Source: Conidiobolus incongruus B7586 (taxonomy: Eukaryota). Taken from it: a stretch of DNA of 40,954 bases. Positions 38,286 to 40,954 of this stretch are shown one piece after another (the first letter of the stretch is position 1; each line of letters opens with the position of its first letter). The DNA lies in assembly GCA_000697335.1 (NCBI GenBank), contig JNEM01013676.1, forward strand, positions 1-40,954, read 5' to 3'. The translations under genes and the position numbers were made by a program. The notes under the pieces were generated by a model, which saw only the letters and a list, made by a program, of their open reading frames with translations, was not told the DNA's origin and made no database searches.

Positions 38286-40894
38286 TTAATAGTTTCTTTT
38301 ATTATTAATAACTTTTGGTTATACTTTTAACAAAGATTTAACACTTAAAAAATAATTCTTTTTATTAAAAACTAAAATTTAATGTTTTATAAACCAATTA
38401 AATTTTCCTGTAGAAATTTTCTTTCCTTTAAACTAGTTTTTTAATTGCTTAAAGCAATTATAATCACATAAATTATAATCTAAAGAATATACTAGATATA
38501 GTATTTTTTCTAGTTATTTTTAATTAGAAAGTTTTTTACAGCTTTAAATTTATATATTTTATAATTATTATGTAAAATAATAAGTTTTCTTAAATTATAT
38601 TAAAAATACTAATTAAAAATATTTTTATTTAAAAAAACAATATAAAGTTTATCATTAATTGATTTTCCTTTAAACATTAAATAAGAATAGTATATATTAT
38701 ATTAACCTGTAAAAGTAAGTTATAAAATCAAAAACACTTATATTTTTACTAATAACTTAATTAATATTTAATGAAATAAACCTAAATTAAATAATTAAAA
38801 TCTATTATATTTATTAGTTATATATATTATTAAATGGTGATATTTAGTTATTAATTAGTTAAAATATAAACCTTTAAATTTTACCTAAGGTAAGTTATAA
38901 ATTTATAGGTTTTTGGTGATAAAAAAAAATTAAAACTTAGTGTATCTATCTTTAACTTTTCTAACTTCTTTAAGTTTATAGGGTATAGAATCAATTAACT
39001 TCTTACACTAAAAAAAGTTAATCTTGTTTTATACTTCTTAAATATATTTTTAAAGTTAATTTAAATTTTTTACTAGAGGGAAAGCTTTAATAACTTTTTT
39101 TAACTAATCCTAAAGGTGTTTAATTAGATTAATGTTAAAAAATTAAAGAAACTATTTTATAACTATTATCTTATTATTTTTAAGTTATTTAGTAATAAAA
39201 GCTATAGTATAACAAGAGGTATTATCTTACTAGAAAATAACATTAGATTTGTTTAACTTATATTATTTAATGGTTTTTTTCAATTTATTGTTTAGAATAC
39301 TTTAATATATTTTAGTATTAATTCCCTTATTAACTTTATAAAGATACTTTATATTTAAAAACAACATATATCCTTAAATAATAATTAACCTATTATTATA
39401 CTTTTAAGTAAAATTAACATAATAGTTATAAAATAATTCTATATCTTTTTTAAAGCATTTAGCTTTTTTATTAAATCTACTAAAGTATATTTTTATTTCA
39501 TTAGATTAAATAACCTTACTTTAATTATTTTTAGTTTAATATTAATAACAACATTTAAACTTTTATTTAACTTTATAATAGGATTTTTTTAATTAGGGGT
39601 ATTTTTTTTAAAGTGTAAGTGGTATCTATGCTAATATAAAATACATATAATAATATTAGTATTAACTAATATTTTTATATAGTTTTATAGTTTTTGTTAT
39701 ATTTTTACAATAGTATTATATTTACCTATATTAATTAACCTACAAATATATTTCTTATTATATTTTATTTATAATTCTAACACACTTAAGTTTAAATTTA
39801 AATGTTTTTTTATTGTTATTCTTAATAACTTTAACTATAGTAGATTAACTAACACTAGTAATTTTAATAATATCACAAGTTGATTAACCTTCTTTATAAA
39901 GTTAATTAATATATAAGTAGATTTTTTTAAAGAGGGATTTAGGTATAATAATACTAATAAAAAAAATTTAGTATATCTATAAAATATTATATAAAATAAT
40001 AGTAAAGAGAGAAAAAAGATATAGTTATATATTGTTAAATATATCCTTTTATTTTAAAAACCTGTAAATTTATAACTTACTTTAGTTAAATAATAAAGGT
40101 TAATATTTTTGCTAATAGTTTATTAAATATATTTAAATATATTTATTTATTATTAAATAATATACTTTAATTTTATATTATAGTTTTAAATAATCTAATA
40201 TATACAATTGTTTTAGTTATTAATTAAAATATATATATTTTTGATTTTATAACTTACTTTTATAGGTTAGTATATTATAATTTATTATAATAATAAATAT
40301 TTACTTATTAACAAAATATTTATTTAAAGGGATTTATAAAAAATGTTGATTTAATTTAATTTAACATTTTGATTTATGTTTTAATAAAAGATTATACATA
40401 AAGATTTAAGATTCATCAATTATAATTATTCACTATAAAAGTTTAAGCTTATAATAATATTTTAGTAAGTTTTATTTAACAATAATTATTTTACCTTTTT
40501 TTTAAACTTTAATTAAATTATAAGGTATTTATTTTATATTTTTATTTATTAATTTAAGTTTAAACTTTAATATATATATAATACTTGTAAAACTAATATT
40601 AAAGTACTTAAATAATTCTTTTACTAAAATAAAAAGGTGATTTTTAATATATTTTTTTATTTTATTAATAATTAAAAGAGTAATTATTAAAGTTAGTTTT
40701 TTAAATTTTAATAGGTTTTAAATAATTTCTCTTTTAGTTTTAAAGTAATTTATCTAATAATAAATTGTTAATTTAAATAATACTTTATTATTAAAAACTA
40801 CTTGTAAATTTTAAATAATTTTAAAAGGTTTATAGTTAAATTTTATTAATATTAAAATAAAAAACTTTTGATAATTATTATTTAATTTAAGTAT
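38286..40894 (-). mobile_element. Hypermutated mariner (DD34D) transposase, split by the Tc1 insertion at 38700-40272
   Basis: After reverting transitions: VFGDEALSKSTIY.W…PRSGRP (about 40800-40700), WVPHNL (taa ata cct tat aat tta, from 40531), RIIT.DESW (D at 40415-40417), LHDN (D at 38567-38569), HP.YSPDYNPCDY (D at 38463-38465) and LPKVW.KVIDN.GNY*. The two halves total about 1034 nt. TIRs were not located. Confidence 0.85.
38700..40272 (-). mobile_element. Complete hypermutated Tc1-like (DD34E) transposon, 1573 bp, with IR/DR-type TIRs
   Basis: TIRs at about 38700-38913 and 40057-40272 share inner and outer repeats (gtaagttataaa core); TA flanks at 38698-38699 and 40273-40274. The transposase relic 39946-38930 reverts to WT.DDWSKVIWSDETKI (D 39500-39502), IMIWGCM, VIFQQDNASCHT (D 39224-39226), WPPQSPDINPIEHLW (E 39119-39121, exactly 34 residues between) and LIDSMP…KGGYTKF*. 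Confidence 0.92.
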
Positions 40895-40954
40895 AATTAA
40901 ATTAAACAACCAATTTTAAAAAGTTAATTTTTTAATCAAAAAAACTAATATATA

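Noticed and set aside
39420..39460. DIELFY read as a Penelope/retron RT motif
   Set aside because: It lies inside the Tc1 transposase relic, which explains the region far better.

Overview
Very AT-rich eukaryotic DNA with dense short GT-AG introns (mostly about 45-70 nt) and the standard code. Gene content and style point to a fungus, probably an early-diverging lineage (inference). A compact gene block (about 8.3-37.5 kb) holds a Gly/Gln/Asn/Tyr prion-like repeat protein, ALG1, PCC1, a divergent PX-BAR protein, RAD17, a small Cys/His zinc-finger protein, prefoldin 6, MVP1/SNX8, a SpoU methyltransferase, MMS19, a SIW14-like phosphatase and an intronless bacterial-type GT4 glycosyltransferase. 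Disabled copies of PRKRIP1 and NUFIP1/RSA1 and probably two older gene relics lie among them. The flanks are dead transposons absent from the ORF track. At the right end a complete Tc1 (DD34E) element is nested inside a mariner (DD34D), and a sister Tc1 copy lies at the left edge. All three are saturated with C>T/G>A transitions, mainly CpA>TpA, with the reading frame largely kept: a RIP-like signature. A 9-mer, ATCCCATAA, sits in sense orientation about 80-100 bp upstream of seven start codons and was not seen elsewhere. All assignments come from manual translation and remembered family motifs; no searches were run.
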